Below are positions 1 through 9,994 of a stretch of 31,627 nt of DNA, piece by piece. Positions within the stretch are counted from its first letter, which is position 1. The number at the start of each line of letters is the position of its first letter. Source of the stretch: a virus (taxonomy: Duplodnaviria > Caudoviricetes); IMG/VR virus record IMGVR_UViG_3300012942_000102, positions 1 through 31,627 of that record. One strand, given 5' to 3'. The notes under the pieces were generated by a model. That model ran no database searches and had not been told where the DNA came from. It was given only the letters and a program-made list of their open reading frames with translations. Made by a program: the position numbers and the translations under genes.

Positions 1-25
1 CTCCTGGAAATCCTCGCCATCAGTA

Positions 26-397
26 ATGACGGTAATGCGGAGGAGCGAGATGAAGCGCCGCGTCACGAAGCCTGCCGTCGCCGAGGGATCGAAGTATCTG
101 GCGGCGTGCCGCGGTGAGCCGTGCTTCGCGCGAATCGTTGGCGTGTGCTGGGGCGATACCGAAAGCGTCGTCCCAGCGCACAGCAATCAGGCGAAGCATG
201 GCAAGTCGATGGGCCGAAAGGCAGATCACATTTTCACGGTGCCAATGTGTTTCGCCTGTCATCAGTGGACGGATCAAGGTTCGGCATCACGCGAAGAAAA
301 GTTCGCGCTGTGGGATCGTGCTTACGCCGAGTGGGAGCCGGTACGGGCGAGAAAGATGGGAATTACCGAGCACCACGCATTGTCCTCGCGCGAATAG
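26..397 (+). CDS. DUF1364-like / nin-region Zn-binding putative nuclease
   Basis: Motifs CRGEPC..RIVGVC, AHSN..HGKSMGRKA.H and CFACH; position just upstream of a Q-like gene. Exact start uncertain. Confidence 0.7.
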   Translation: MTVMRRSEMKRRVTKPAVAEGSKYLAACRGEPCFARIVGVCWGDTESVVPAHSNQAKHGKSMGRKADHIFTVPMCFACHQWTDQGSASREEKFALWDRAYAEWEPVRARKMGITEHHALSSRE

Positions 398-406
398 CAC
401 GAAACT

Positions 407-436
407 TTGCATAGGACAACGAAATTCGTCTACAAT
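407..436 (+). promoter_or_regulatory. candidate sigma70 promoter
   Basis: TTGCAT(407-412)-18 bp-TACAAT(431-436) in an AT-rich intergenic gap upstream of ORF 489. Confidence 0.4.
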
Positions 437-488
437 ATAGCCCATAGGTAATGCCGTTTTCCACAACATATAGTTTTCGCACAGGGCG

Positions 489-857
489 ATGATGGAAGAC
501 TGGATCGAACATGAGATGCGCAACTGGAGTCGATGGGCCAACTCCGGACCCCTCCCGCACCCTCGCCTTCCGGGCAGTTTTCTCGAAAGCTGGCTGATTC
601 CGGACACCTTGGCAAGTGCGAACGATGATCTATCTCCCCCGATTCACGAAGAAAACGCGAAGAAGGTGCAGACGGTGTACGACTCCGCGATTCAGATTGA
701 ACGCAAGGTAATGCAGTCGGAATGGCTTTCGCCGTGGCAATACGGACGATTTACCGGCGGTATTCCTGCTGCCGCCCGGAAACTCGATATCAGCACGGCG
801 TCGTATGAAACGGTGCTGCGAGGCGTGAAACGTCGCGTTGCTGGAGTGTTTCAGTGA
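489..857 (+). CDS. putative late-gene antiterminator (Q-like)
   Basis: N-terminal 'MRNWSRW' motif, C-terminal helix-turn-helix-like segment (AAARKLDISTASY), position before the late operon. Confidence 0.55.
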   Translation: MMEDWIEHEMRNWSRWANSGPLPHPRLPGSFLESWLIPDTLASANDDLSPPIHEENAKKVQTVYDSAIQIERKVMQSEWLSPWQYGRFTGGIPAAARKLDISTASYETVLRGVKRRVAGVFQ

Positions 858-1147
858 AGTTTGCTGCGGACGTGATGGCCCTCCTCGCTCCTTTTCCAGG
901 CCGCGAATTCCGTATGCGGCAGATCGTGAACTACTGCGCGCCAAAGAAGGCCGACGAACGTGAACGCAAGCGCGTTCAAATGGCTGTGTACCGAGTGCTG
1001 CAGATGCTCGCAGACTCCGGCCATGTGGTCATCAAGGAGCGCTCGAAAAACGGCGCTCCCGCCACCTATGCATGGCGTTCGGTCGAGCAAACGGAAAACC
1101 GTTACATGGACTCCTTGAATACCGGTACAGGAACCGTTACGCTTTAA
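854..1147 (+). CDS. hypothetical protein, winged-helix-like DNA-binding candidate
   Basis: GTGA overlap with the upstream gene; basic 97-aa protein with a helix/beta-hairpin pattern. Confidence 0.55.
   Translation: MKFAADVMALLAPFPGREFRMRQIVNYCAPKKADERERKRVQMAVYRVLQMLADSGHVVIKERSKNGAPATYAWRSVEQTENRYMDSLNTGTGTVTL
1115..1143 (+). promoter_or_regulatory. putative late promoter (pR'-like)
   Basis: TTGAAT(1115-1120)-17 bp-TACGCT(1138-1143), overlapped by ACCG(T/G)TAC repeats and followed about 40 nt later by an intrinsic terminator. Confidence 0.55.
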
Positions 1148-1183
1148 CCCAAGCCAAGTTGCGCCCATGCGCGACGCAAACCT

Positions 1184-1212
1184 AACCCGCCTAGCGCGGG
1201 TTTTGTCTTTTT
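1184..1212 (+). terminator. intrinsic terminator (tR'-like)
   Basis: AACCCGC-CTAGC-GCGGGTT hairpin followed by TTGTCTTTTT. Confidence 0.75.
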
Positions 1213-1218
1213 GACGCC

Positions 1219-1473
1219 GTGAAATTTCCAGATCCTCAAGAATCACGCATGTACGGCGATCCGATGGAAATTTTGTCGGCAAAGCAAACGCACGAAGCTC
1301 GGAAGGCCGAGCGCCAGCGCAAGGACGGAACGCTTCGCTGCAAGCAGGGCTGGAGCGCCGCCCGCCAGCGTGCGGAAGCACTATTCAACTTCGCCCCTGA
1401 GAGTGTTCACTCATTCGACCAGGGCAACCCGCGCAATGCGGGCCGTGCCGGCGATGCTGGCAAGGATTCCTGA
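1219..1473 (+). CDS. hypothetical phage protein
   Basis: First ORF after the terminator, containing MYGDP; start uncertain. Confidence 0.45.
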   Translation: MKFPDPQESRMYGDPMEILSAKQTHEARKAERQRKDGTLRCKQGWSAARQRAEALFNFAPESVHSFDQGNPRNAGRAGDAGKDS

Positions 1474-1474
1474 A

Positions 1475-1600
1475 GTGAACGACCGACTCGCCCTGATCGA
1501 CAAGATCGAACTCGCGATTCAGCGTATCCGCGGGATGGATCCGTTGCTGTTGGCTAGCCTCGTCGTCCAACTCGACGAACTGCGGGCGATGGGTGGCTGA
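1475..1600 (+). CDS. small hypothetical protein (about 41 aa)
   Basis: GTG at 1475 after AAGGA, in frame with track ORF 1370..1600; fills the gap exactly up to the next ATG at 1601. Confidence 0.4.
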   Translation: MNDRLALIDKIELAIQRIRGMDPLLLASLVVQLDELRAMGG

Positions 1601-1819
1601 ATGGTGACGCGCAAGACGATCAAGATCGCAGCGATCGACCCGACCGAATCATGCAAGTCGTGCCGCTTTCTGCTGTTCAAGCGCGGGGATGGCATGTACT
1701 GCCGGCGCTATCCGCCGAAACTCGTCCTGGACTACACGTCTGGCGTAACGGCGCCAGCGATACCCGAAGTCGATGCTGCGTTCTGGTGTGGCGACTACCA
1801 ACCCGCGCTCAATTCCTGA
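1601..1819 (+). CDS. small Cys-rich phage protein
   Basis: CxxC..CRRYPP..WCGDY pattern; tight gene packing. Confidence 0.65.
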   Translation: MVTRKTIKIAAIDPTESCKSCRFLLFKRGDGMYCRRYPPKLVLDYTSGVTAPAIPEVDAAFWCGDYQPALNS

Positions 1820-1822
1820 CCT

Positions 1823-3007
1823 ATGGCTGCGATCGACCCCAAGCTGCGAGAATTCGCCACCGAGCGACAGCGCGACGTCCTCGACGCGATCGAGAAGCAC
1901 GGCAGCCAGCGGAATGCGGCCAAGGCGCTACGTCTTTCCTCTGGTACTGTCGGCAATACGATGGCAGCGGTGCAGCGCAAGGCAGCGAAGATGGGGTATT
2001 CGCCAGCCCACGACATGACTCATGTCGTGCCGGACGGGTTCAGGGTGCGCGGAGTTTCGACTTATTATGACGATGAGGGCAAGCCGCGCGGGCAATGGGT
2101 GAAGTCTGCCGTTGACCGAGATCGGCAGGAAGCGATTCTGCGCGAGTCGTTCGCCGCGATGGCTGAGGCGCTGCCCCGTGTACGGCCTGTCCCCGGGCCA
2201 ACGAAGGCAGACGAGGCGCTGTGCAACCTGTACACCTTCACCGACAGCCACGTTGGCGCCCTCGCATGGCACCGGGAAGGGGGCCACGATTGGGACCTGA
2301 AGATTGCCGAACAGACCCTGGTAGCCGCGTTTGCACATATGGTGCAGGCGGCGCCATCGGCCAAAGTTGGTTTCATTAATCAGCTCGGGGACTTTCTGCA
2401 TTCAGACGGGTCGAACGGCCTGATGCCGGTGACGCCGATGCACGGCCACATCCTCGACCAGGACGCGCGATTCGCGAAGGTTGTAGCGACCGCGATCCGG
2501 GTGCTGCGGCGCATCGTTGATTTCGCGCTGGAGAAGCACGAGCAAGTCGTCGTGCTACTGGCCGAAGGGAATCACGATATGTCGTCGAGCATCTGGCTTC
2601 GCGCCATGTTCAGCGCGCTCTACGAAAACGAGCCGCGCGTGACGGTGATCCAGTCGGAGTTGCCCTACTACGTCTACCAGCACGGCAAGACGATGCTGGC
2701 TTTCCATCACGGGCATCTACGGAAGAACGACGACCTGCCGCTCCTGTTCGCCGCGCAGTTCCCGAAGGTCTGGGGCGAGACGACGAAGCGCGTGTGCCAT
2801 GTCGGTCACAGGCACCACGTCGAAGAGAAAGAGCACAGCGGCATGACCGTGGTTCAGCACCCAACGCTTGCGGCTCGGGATGCATACGCGGCCCGCGGCG
2901 GCTGGTTCGCGGAGCGATCGGCGACGGCCATTACTTACCATAACGAATATGGGCAGGTCGCCCGGAATACGGTGACGCCGGAGATGTTCGGGCAAGCGGA
3001 TGGGTAG
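1823..3007 (+). CDS. calcineurin-like metallophosphoesterase with N-terminal HTH
   Basis: All five motifs visible: DSH, GDFLH, GNHD, HHGH, GHRH. N-terminal HTH-like segment (GSQRNAAKALRLSSGTV). Confidence 0.85.
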   Translation: MAAIDPKLREFATERQRDVLDAIEKHGSQRNAAKALRLSSGTVGNTMAAVQRKAAKMGYSPAHDMTHVVPDGFRVRGVSTYYDDEGKPRGQWVKSAVDRDRQEAILRESFAAMAEALPRVRPVPGPTKADEALCNLYTFTDSHVGALAWHREGGHDWDLKIAEQTLVAAFAHMVQAAPSAKVGFINQLGDFLHSDGSNGLMPVTPMHGHILDQDARFAKVVATAIRVLRRIVDFALEKHEQVVVLLAEGNHDMSSSIWLRAMFSALYENEPRVTVIQSELPYYVYQHGKTMLAFHHGHLRKNDDLPLLFAAQFPKVWGETTKRVCHVGHRHHVEEKEHSGMTVVQHPTLAARDAYAARGGWFAERSATAITYHNEYGQVARNTVTPEMFGQADG

Positions 3008-3081
3008 TCCCGTAACGAAGCGGGGCGTGACTGTAAATCAAGTGCCATGGCCTTGGTGGTTCGAGTCCACCGCCTCCACCA
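2998..3081 (+). tRNA. tRNA-Tyr(GTA)-like gene, structurally degenerate (possibly pseudo-tRNA)
   Basis: GA-CTGTAAA-TC anticodon arm (GTA at 3033-3035), long variable arm, perfect T-arm GGTGG-TTCGAGT-CCACC, 3' ACCA end, 84 nt. Acceptor and anticodon stems contain mismatches. Confidence 0.65.
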
Positions 3082-3144
3082 TTTCTCCTCCAGCCTAGCC
3101 AACTCGGCTTTCGCCCGTAGGGGCGCTTTCTATATAGCAGCAGC

Positions 3145-3666
3145 ATGGCACGCGACATTGATTGGGACACTATCCGCGCCGAATACGAGGCGGGTGCCAG
3201 TCAGGCGTCGCTCGCCAAGAAGCACGGCGTCAGCAGGGGTGCTATTCAGAAGCACATAGCCGCAGAAGGCTGGACACAGGATCTCGAGCCAGCCATTCAG
3301 CGCAAGGTGGCAGAGAAAGTAGCAGGGGTAGTAGCAGCCTGCGACCCGAAAAAAAAGGCGGAGGCGATCGACGCGGAAGCCTCTCGCCGTGCAGACGTGG
3401 TGCAACGTCACCGCGACGAATGGGAGGAGCACAAGTGGATTGTCGATTCGGCAATCGGAACGAAGGACTTCGAAACCGCCAAGCTTGCCAAGATCACGGC
3501 CGAAACATTGAAGATCCGGCAGGAGGCTGAGCGCAAGGCGTGGGCAATCGACACTCAGGTCGCGCCAGTCACCAACATAACTGTCAGCCAGATCGGCGGC
3601 CCACAGGCCACGGTCGATGAAATCCGCGATGTTCTGAAGGAGAGCGCCGCCGCACCGAAGGTCTAG
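3145..3666 (+). CDS. terS: terminase small subunit
   Basis: DWDTIRAEYEAG..LAKKHGVS HTH start; immediately upstream of the large terminase. Confidence 0.75.
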   Translation: MARDIDWDTIRAEYEAGASQASLAKKHGVSRGAIQKHIAAEGWTQDLEPAIQRKVAEKVAGVVAACDPKKKAEAIDAEASRRADVVQRHRDEWEEHKWIVDSAIGTKDFETAKLAKITAETLKIRQEAERKAWAIDTQVAPVTNITVSQIGGPQATVDEIRDVLKESAAAPKV

Positions 3667-3669
3667 CCC

Positions 3670-5046
3670 ATGGAATTCACCGACAAGGAGCGCCGCGTCT
3701 ATCGCTCGCTGTCGATGGCCGACCTTTTGTGGTTCACGCGCTGGATGTTCGTCAACCGCCGCGGTTATACGTGGCAGCAGGCGCAGCACCATCAGACCGT
3801 CTGCGATGCCTTGATGCGAGTGTTCAGGGGCGAGTGCAAGCGCCTCATCATCAACATTCCGCCGCGGTACTCGAAGACAGAGATCGTTAAGAACTTCGTC
3901 GGATGGTCGCTGGGGCACGCGCCTGATAGCGAATTCATCTACACGTCGTATTCCTCGCGCCTCGCTGCCGCATCCTCATGGGACGTGCGCGGACTGGTGC
4001 AGGAGGCCGAGTACAAGGCTATCTTCCCGGCTGTCGGTCTGCGCGAAGACAGTCAGGCGAAGGATGAATGGCGCACGACGGCCGGCGGCATCATGTATGC
4101 GGTCGGTGCAGGCGGCACGATCACTGGTTACGGCGCAGGCAAGCACCGCCCCGGTTTTGGGGGAGCCCTGCTGATCGACGATCCGCACAAGGCAGACGAG
4201 GCGCGATCCGATGTGATGCGCCAGAACGTGATCGACTGGTTCCAGAACACGTTTGAATCGCGGAAAAACAGCCCCGACACCCCGATTATCCTCATCATGC
4301 AGCGCCTGCACGAGAGCGATCTTGCTGGCTGGCTGCTGAATGGTGGAAACGGAGAGCGATGGGAGCACGTGTGTCTGCCTGCGTTGCAGGATGACGGCTC
4401 GGCGCTCTGGCCGGAAAAACATAACATCGAAGAACTCAGGCGGATGGAGGCGGCATCGCCTTATACGTTTGCCGGTCAGTATCAGCAGCGGCCGGCGCCG
4501 GCTGAGGGGGGCTTGTTCAAACCGGACCGCATCGAGGTCATCGACGCTCTGCCCGCCGACGCGAGCACATTCATCCGCGGCTGGGATCTTGCCTCAACGA
4601 CTGATGGCGACTGGACTGTCGGCGCGCGCATTGGAAAGCTCAAAGACGGCCGCTACGTTATCGCCGATATGGTGCGCGTGCGCGAAGGTCCTGACCAACG
4701 TGATGCCACGATGCTGGCGACGGCGAGCCGGGATGGCATGGGGACGCGGGTCGGCATTCCGCAAGACCCCGGCCAGGCAGGCAAGACCCAGGTTGCATAC
4801 CTCACGAAGATGTTTGCCGGGTACCGCGTCACCGCCACGCCCGAAAGCGGCGACAAGGTTACGCGCGCCGAGCCGTTCGCCGCACAGGTCAATGTCGGCA
4901 ATGTCGTCATGGTGCGCGGCGCATGGAACTCCGCATTGATTGACGAAATGCGCATGTTCCCCAACGGCACGTTTGACGACCAGATCGACGCATGCTCGCG
5001 CGCATTTTCCGAGCTAATACAGAAACGTACGTCCTACTTCGGCTGA
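3670..5046 (+). CDS. terL: terminase large subunit
   Basis: Walker A-like INIPPRYSKT, Walker B LLIDDPHK, nuclease motifs GWDLA and DDQIDA. Confidence 0.95.
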   Translation: MEFTDKERRVYRSLSMADLLWFTRWMFVNRRGYTWQQAQHHQTVCDALMRVFRGECKRLIINIPPRYSKTEIVKNFVGWSLGHAPDSEFIYTSYSSRLAAASSWDVRGLVQEAEYKAIFPAVGLREDSQAKDEWRTTAGGIMYAVGAGGTITGYGAGKHRPGFGGALLIDDPHKADEARSDVMRQNVIDWFQNTFESRKNSPDTPIILIMQRLHESDLAGWLLNGGNGERWEHVCLPALQDDGSALWPEKHNIEELRRMEAASPYTFAGQYQQRPAPAEGGLFKPDRIEVIDALPADASTFIRGWDLASTTDGDWTVGARIGKLKDGRYVIADMVRVREGPDQRDATMLATASRDGMGTRVGIPQDPGQAGKTQVAYLTKMFAGYRVTATPESGDKVTRAEPFAAQVNVGNVVMVRGAWNSALIDEMRMFPNGTFDDQIDACSRAFSELIQKRTSYFG

Positions 5047-5049
5047 TTC

Positions 5050-6531
5050 ATGTTCAACTGGCTCAAGAAACCCGTTCCCCAGAAAACGGAAGCGAAAGAG
5101 CCGGTTTCCGTCTTCAGTACGCATTTGCCGCCATCGCCCCAGCCCGGCCAGCGATTCGCTGCCGTGATGGAGCGAGCCGAGCGAATGTTTCCGAAGGCAT
5201 CGGCTGCGATGGACTCGGCTGATTATGCCGAGTTGAAGCTTCAGCCTACGCCGACCATCATCAACGGCGCGTTGATGGATTGGTACGCGTCCCAGTCGTT
5301 CATCGGCTGGAACGCGTGCGCGATGCTCGCCCAGCACTGGCTGATCGACAAGGCATGCTCGATGCCGGCGCGCGATGCGACCCGGAACGGATGGGATGCA
5401 GTCACGGTCGATGGGTCGAAGCTTGATGGAAAGACCGAAGCGCTGCTGAAGAAATACGACAAGAAGTACCGCGTCAAATGGAACGCGGAACAGCTTGTCC
5501 GCTTCGGACGCGTCTTCGGTATCCGCATCGCGATCTTCAAGGTCAACTCGACCGATCCCGACTATTACACGAAGCCGTTCAACCCGGACGGCGTGGAACC
5601 CGGTTCATACAAAGGAATTTCGCAGGTTGACCCTTACTGGTGCGCGCCGCTGCTCGATGCTGCGGCAACCAGCGATCCCGGCAATCTGCACTTCTACGAG
5701 CCGACATTCTGGACCATTGGTGGTGTGACGTATCACCGCTCTCACCTGCATGTTTTCCGCACAGCCGAGCCGCCTGACGTCCTGAAGCCGATGTACATGT
5801 ACGGCGGCATCCCGGTCGCGCAACGGATCATGGAGCGCGTCTACGCCGCGGAGCGCACGGCCAACGAAGGCCCGCTGCTCGTCACGTCCAAGCGCACGAA
5901 TGTATGGCTGACGAACATGGCTGCGTTCCAGATGGCCGGCGACGATGCGAAGCAGAAGATGGCCGAATGGGTGGCTTTCCGCGACAACTTCGGGATCAAG
6001 ATCGGCGACAAGGAAGCAGACGAGTTCCAGCAGTTCGAAACCTCGTTGGGCGAACTGGATTCGGTCATCATGAACCAATACCAGTTGGTCGCGGCTGCCG
6101 CGAACGTCCCGGCGACGAAGTTGCTCGGTACCACACCGAAGGGATTCAACTCGACTGGCGAATACGAAGAAGCCAACTACCACGAAGAGCTGGAAAGCAT
6201 CCAGGAACATGATTTGACGGCGTTTCTGGAACGTCATCATCTGCTCTCGATGCTCTCTGAGGGTGAAGAGCCAATCGAGACTACGGTTGCCTGGCGTCCG
6301 CTTGATGCGCCGACTGCACTGGAAGTCGCGCAGACCAATCTGGCGAAGGCGCAAACGGGTGCCGCGCTCGTCCAGTCCGGCGCGATCGACTCGGAAATCG
6401 AACGAAAACGTGTGGCGACCGACCCAGACTCGGGCTACTTCGGCCTTGGCGACGACGAAAGCGATCCGCTCGCTGACTTGGGTCTATCCGATGAGGCGGT
6501 AGAGGCAGCGCATGAACTCGGCATCGGTTAA
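5050..6531 (+). CDS. portal protein (DUF1073-type)
   Basis: 493 aa after terL; motifs HRSHL and [19 protein letters not shown]. Confidence 0.9.
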   Translation: MFNWLKKPVPQKTEAKEPVSVFSTHLPPSPQPGQRFAAVMERAERMFPKASAAMDSADYAELKLQPTPTIINGALMDWYASQSFIGWNACAMLAQHWLIDKACSMPARDATRNGWDAVTVDGSKLDGKTEALLKKYDKKYRVKWNAEQLVRFGRVFGIRIAIFKVNSTDPDYYTKPFNPDGVEPGSYKGISQVDPYWCAPLLDAAATSDPGNLHFYEPTFWTIGGVTYHRSHLHVFRTAEPPDVLKPMYMYGGIPVAQRIMERVYAAERTANEGPLLVTSKRTNVWLTNMAAFQMAGDDAKQKMAEWVAFRDNFGIKIGDKEADEFQQFETSLGELDSVIMNQYQLVAAAANVPATKLLGTTPKGFNSTGEYEEANYHEELESIQEHDLTAFLERHHLLSMLSEGEEPIETTVAWRPLDAPTALEVAQTNLAKAQTGAALVQSGAIDSEIERKRVATDPDSGYFGLGDDESDPLADLGLSDEAVEAAHELGIG

Positions 6532-7324
6532 ACGAGGTGCCCCGCTCGTTTCGTCAGCGTCCATCGCCGATCAGTATCAGAAGGTGATCGTCGCCCTCTT
6601 TCGCAAGATGGCCGAAGAAGCCGAGCGCGAACTGAAGGCGATGTTTCATGACCCGGCCTATGCGTTGGACGCCGAGGCGAACCCGGCCTCGCGCGCGCGG
6701 ATCATCATCAATGACCTGAAACGCAAGTACGCGAAGTACTTCAACCGGCTGGCCCGAACGGCGACGAACCGGATGATCCGCGCGACGATCCGGCATTCAA
6801 CGGCGACCGTTGGTATGTCGCTTCGGGAAATCTCGGCCGACCTTCAGTTAGACGCTGCCTTTCTCAATTCAGGGCGACTGAAAGAGATTGTCATGGCTTC
6901 GACTCAGGAAGCCGCCCAGCTCATCAAGACGATCCCCGATCAGTACCTGTCGCAGGTACAGGGCCAGGTGATGCGCTCGATCACGACCGGATCTGGCCTC
7001 GAAACGCTGATGCCATTCATGCGCGAGAAGTACGGCCAGAACGTGCGCAAGGCTCGATCCGTCGCGCTCGACCAGACGCGCAAGGCGTACTCGAACATCT
7101 CGAATGCGCGGATGCAGGATGCCGGAGTCGAGGAATTCGAATGGCGCCATATTCGCCGCGCTAAGCAGCCACGCCATCAGCACATCCAGTGGAGCGGAAA
7201 GATCTTCCGCTTCGACGCGCCGCCCGTCGATGACCGGTTCGGTCCGGTATTGCCCGGACAAGCCATCAACTGCAATTGCCTCGCAATTCCGGTACTTCGC
7301 TTTGGAAAAAACGATGACGACTGA
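6512..7324 (+). CDS. head morphogenesis protein (SPP1 gp7 / Mu gpF-like)
   Basis: DQTRK, '[26 protein letters not shown]' C-terminal motif; follows the portal. Confidence 0.9.
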   Translation: MNSASVKRGAPLVSSASIADQYQKVIVALFRKMAEEAERELKAMFHDPAYALDAEANPASRARIIINDLKRKYAKYFNRLARTATNRMIRATIRHSTATVGMSLREISADLQLDAAFLNSGRLKEIVMASTQEAAQLIKTIPDQYLSQVQGQVMRSITTGSGLETLMPFMREKYGQNVRKARSVALDQTRKAYSNISNARMQDAGVEEFEWRHIRRAKQPRHQHIQWSGKIFRFDAPPVDDRFGPVLPGQAINCNCLAIPVLRFGKNDDD

Positions 7325-7487
7325 AACGACTGTTGCGGCTGCGCCGGACAACTCTACTACCCTCGCGATTCTCGATGAAATCGCCGAACTCGCCGCCAAG
7401 GCACAAATCTACGCTGACCGCGATCAGGGGTCCGCACTCGGCGCAAAGATCAGTGCGCTTGTTGAGCAAGCGAAGGCGGCGCTGTGA
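7314..7487 (+). CDS. small hypothetical protein (57 aa)
   Basis: ATG at 7314 in the frame of track ORF 7104..7487; stop overlaps the next start (GTGA). Confidence 0.55.
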   Translation: MTTETTVAAAPDNSTTLAILDEIAELAAKAQIYADRDQGSALGAKISALVEQAKAAL

Positions 7488-9979
7488 CGAAAGCCAAGGC
7501 GCGCAATCTCGCTGCGCTTCGGACTGCATGGGCTGCAATGGGGCTGGACGAACTCGTGAAGGGTTCGAGCAAGGCAGATATCCAGAAGAACATCGAGACG
7601 GAAATCGCCAGCGGCAAAGCCCCAAATCAGGCAGCAGCGATCGCGTATAGCGTCGCGGGCAAGGACGGTGAAGGACAGCTGAGGGATGACGACGGGAAGT
7701 TTGCGGAGACGGGGTCGTCTGGCCAGAGTGGCGGACAGTCATCGACTGCCGAGCCGGTTGCGAAACTCTCCGGTGCCGAACTGCACAGCGAGGAGCACCC
7801 GGAAATCACAGCCGACAATGTCGTCGCGGCTTCCCGCAACTGGTTCAAGGCCAACCTGCAGGGCAAATCACTGCCGATGAACGGTGGCGGCGAGGCCCGA
7901 GTCTCGGCGAAATCCTGGGAAAAGCTCAAATCCAACACGAAGTCGGATCTGGATAAAGCTCGGCTCATCCCGGCTATTCCCCACATCGTACAGAAAGGTC
8001 AGCGCAGTGACTTCGTTCCGCTGTATAAGCCGCGCTCCGATGGTGTGGTTGGGTTCCACAACTTCAATGCTCCCGTGCAGCTTGGAGACACGATGCACCA
8101 CGTTCAGGTACAGGTAGGCAAGGACAAGTCAGGTGACTTCGTCTACCACCTGAAACACCAGGGCGACGAGCAAAAAACAAAAGGCTCCAAGCCGGTCCGG
8201 GGGACTTCGCCCGGGGGAGTGGAGCCTTCGGTGGCCAGCGATGCCGGTCACGAAACCAATATATCCGATTCCAGCGAAGAACTCAACCTGACGATTCTGC
8301 GCAGTTGGTCGGCTGAAAACGGGGACGAAGCCGGGGAAGCGACGGGGGCGCCACCTGTTCTGGCCGCGGGCGTCCTCTATCTCACTGCTGGCAAGGTCCT
8401 GCTCGTCAAGCGCAGTGCGGACACCGCGGACTTCCCTGAAACGTGGGGATTCCCCGCCGGCCATCTTGAGCCCGGCGAAGATCCGATGCTCGCCGCAGCA
8501 CGGGAGTCTTATGAAGAGGTCGCGCACTTCCCGCTGTCGCTTGCGCCGATGTCAACCGGCACATTCGCTCTCTTCCTGTCGCGCGACGAAATCTTTACGC
8601 CAGTCATTAATGGCGAGTCCACGGATGTGATGTGGGCACCGGTCGGAGCGTTGCCCGGGTCATTGCACCCCGGTGTCGCCGAAGCCATAGCTAGTCTAGT
8701 CGCGGCCGATGCGATGGACGAAATCGCCGCCGTGAAATCGCGCATCGAGTTCGCTGACGCGTGGGCGCAGGACAAGTCCGCTCGCATCGAGGACGTGAAT
8801 GGTTGGCCCGAAATCAAGGATAACCCGATTAGCAAGGTCGGGATCTTCGATTACCACGGCTCACAACTTCCTGGCGCGCCAGACCCGAACGCGATGTATC
8901 GGGTCTACCGCCCTGCCGAAGAACTGGCCGATCCTGAGACGATCGAGTCATTCAAGCTGATTCCGTGGATCGATAACCACGTGATGCTCGGCAGCGAGGA
9001 CGATGGGCTGACGCGCCCTGAGGAAAAAGGTGTGCAAGGCGTCATCGGGCAGGAAGTCCGCTTCGACCCAGATGCGTTCGAAGATGGAGGACTGCTCGGC
9101 AACCTCAAGTTGTTCTCGTCGGCTATGGCCGATTCCATCAATGCCGGCAAGAAAGAACTCTCCGCCGGTTACCGCTGCACGTACGACTGGACACCCGGCG
9201 AATTCAACGGCCAATCCTACGACTGCGTACAGCGCCAGATCCGCGGCAACCATCTAGCACTGGTCAAGAAAGGCCGGATGGGTCCGGATGTCGCGGTACT
9301 TGATACCGCATTCACGTGTGATTCCCTCCCTGAAAAGGAACCTGTAATGGCTGATACCAGCAACACCGCCGCCGAGGGCGGCACCGGCGGCGGCGCGTCG
9401 CTGGAGGATATGCGCGCGCAATTCGCAGAGTGCGTCGGCAAGATGGACGAGGCACTGCAGGCAGTCGCAGCGCTGAAGGCCGCGTTCGGCGAGCACGAGC
9501 AAACCGAAGGCGAGGAAGCTTCTGCGGAAGCTGCTGCGCTCGAAAACGGCAGCGAAGACAACGAGGCCGAAGAGCGTGAGGTCGCGCTCGGTGAAACGTC
9601 GGCGAACGAAAAGGCTGGCACTGACGAAGACGATCCCGACGCTGCGGTCGACGAAGGGCAGAAGGAAGCAAAGAAGGAAGCCGCGATGGACGAAGCCGCA
9701 CTGTTCCGCAAGTTCGAGCAACGCGCTGCTGAACGCAATGCCCTGGCTGAAAAGGTTTCGAAGCACGTCGGCACGTTCAACGCAACCGGCATGGACACGG
9801 CTGCTGTAGCTGCCTATGGCTGCAAGAAGCTCGGCCTGAAAGCGCCGAAGGGTCAGGAAATCGCATTCCTGTCTGGCTATCTCGCAAACAACAAGGCCCC
9901 GACTGAGGCCGTCACCGTGAAGGCGACTGGCATGGATTCGGGTAATTGGCTCACGAAGCAACTGGCTTCGCTGAACTAA
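7484..9979 (+). CDS. prohead protease/scaffold (DUF2213-type) fused to N-terminal cargo domains (LPD3/BECR-like and Nudix)
   Basis: DUF2213-type motifs [37 protein letters not shown]; Nudix box [21 protein letters not shown]; acidic scaffold-like tail. Confidence 0.85.
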   Translation: MTKAKARNLAALRTAWAAMGLDELVKGSSKADIQKNIETEIASGKAPNQAAAIAYSVAGKDGEGQLRDDDGKFAETGSSGQSGGQSSTAEPVAKLSGAELHSEEHPEITADNVVAASRNWFKANLQGKSLPMNGGGEARVSAKSWEKLKSNTKSDLDKARLIPAIPHIVQKGQRSDFVPLYKPRSDGVVGFHNFNAPVQLGDTMHHVQVQVGKDKSGDFVYHLKHQGDEQKTKGSKPVRGTSPGGVEPSVASDAGHETNISDSSEELNLTILRSWSAENGDEAGEATGAPPVLAAGVLYLTAGKVLLVKRSADTADFPETWGFPAGHLEPGEDPMLAAARESYEEVAHFPLSLAPMSTGTFALFLSRDEIFTPVINGESTDVMWAPVGALPGSLHPGVAEAIASLVAADAMDEIAAVKSRIEFADAWAQDKSARIEDVNGWPEIKDNPISKVGIFDYHGSQLPGAPDPNAMYRVYRPAEELADPETIESFKLIPWIDNHVMLGSEDDGLTRPEEKGVQGVIGQEVRFDPDAFEDGGLLGNLKLFSSAMADSINAGKKELSAGYRCTYDWTPGEFNGQSYDCVQRQIRGNHLALVKKGRMGPDVAVLDTAFTCDSLPEKEPVMADTSNTAAEGGTGGGASLEDMRAQFAECVGKMDEALQAVAALKAAFGEHEQTEGEEASAEAAALENGSEDNEAEEREVALGETSANEKAGTDEDDPDAAVDEGQKEAKKEAAMDEAALFRKFEQRAAERNALAEKVSKHVGTFNATGMDTAAVAAYGCKKLGLKAPKGQEIAFLSGYLANNKAPTEAVTVKATGMDSGNWLTKQLASLN

Positions 9980-9994
9980 TCGGAGAACGAAACC

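Noticed and set aside
2998-3081. tRNA as prophage attachment site
   Set aside because: It lies inside the late operon with phage genes on both sides; no integrase or duplicated 3' end in the window.
3093-3130. Two small hairpins after the tRNA as a third copy of the three-way-junction RNA
   Set aside because: They lack the closing stem and the TAGG..CCGA junction; more likely a weak terminator or processing stem.
5050-6531. Possible anti-defence label sometimes attached to DUF1073-type proteins
   Set aside because: Size, motifs and position after terL fit a plain portal; no additional enzymatic domain is visible.
7104-7313. Long N-terminal extension of the small ORF ending at 7487
   Set aside because: It overlaps the conserved C-terminus of the head morphogenesis gene; ATG 7314 is the more plausible start.
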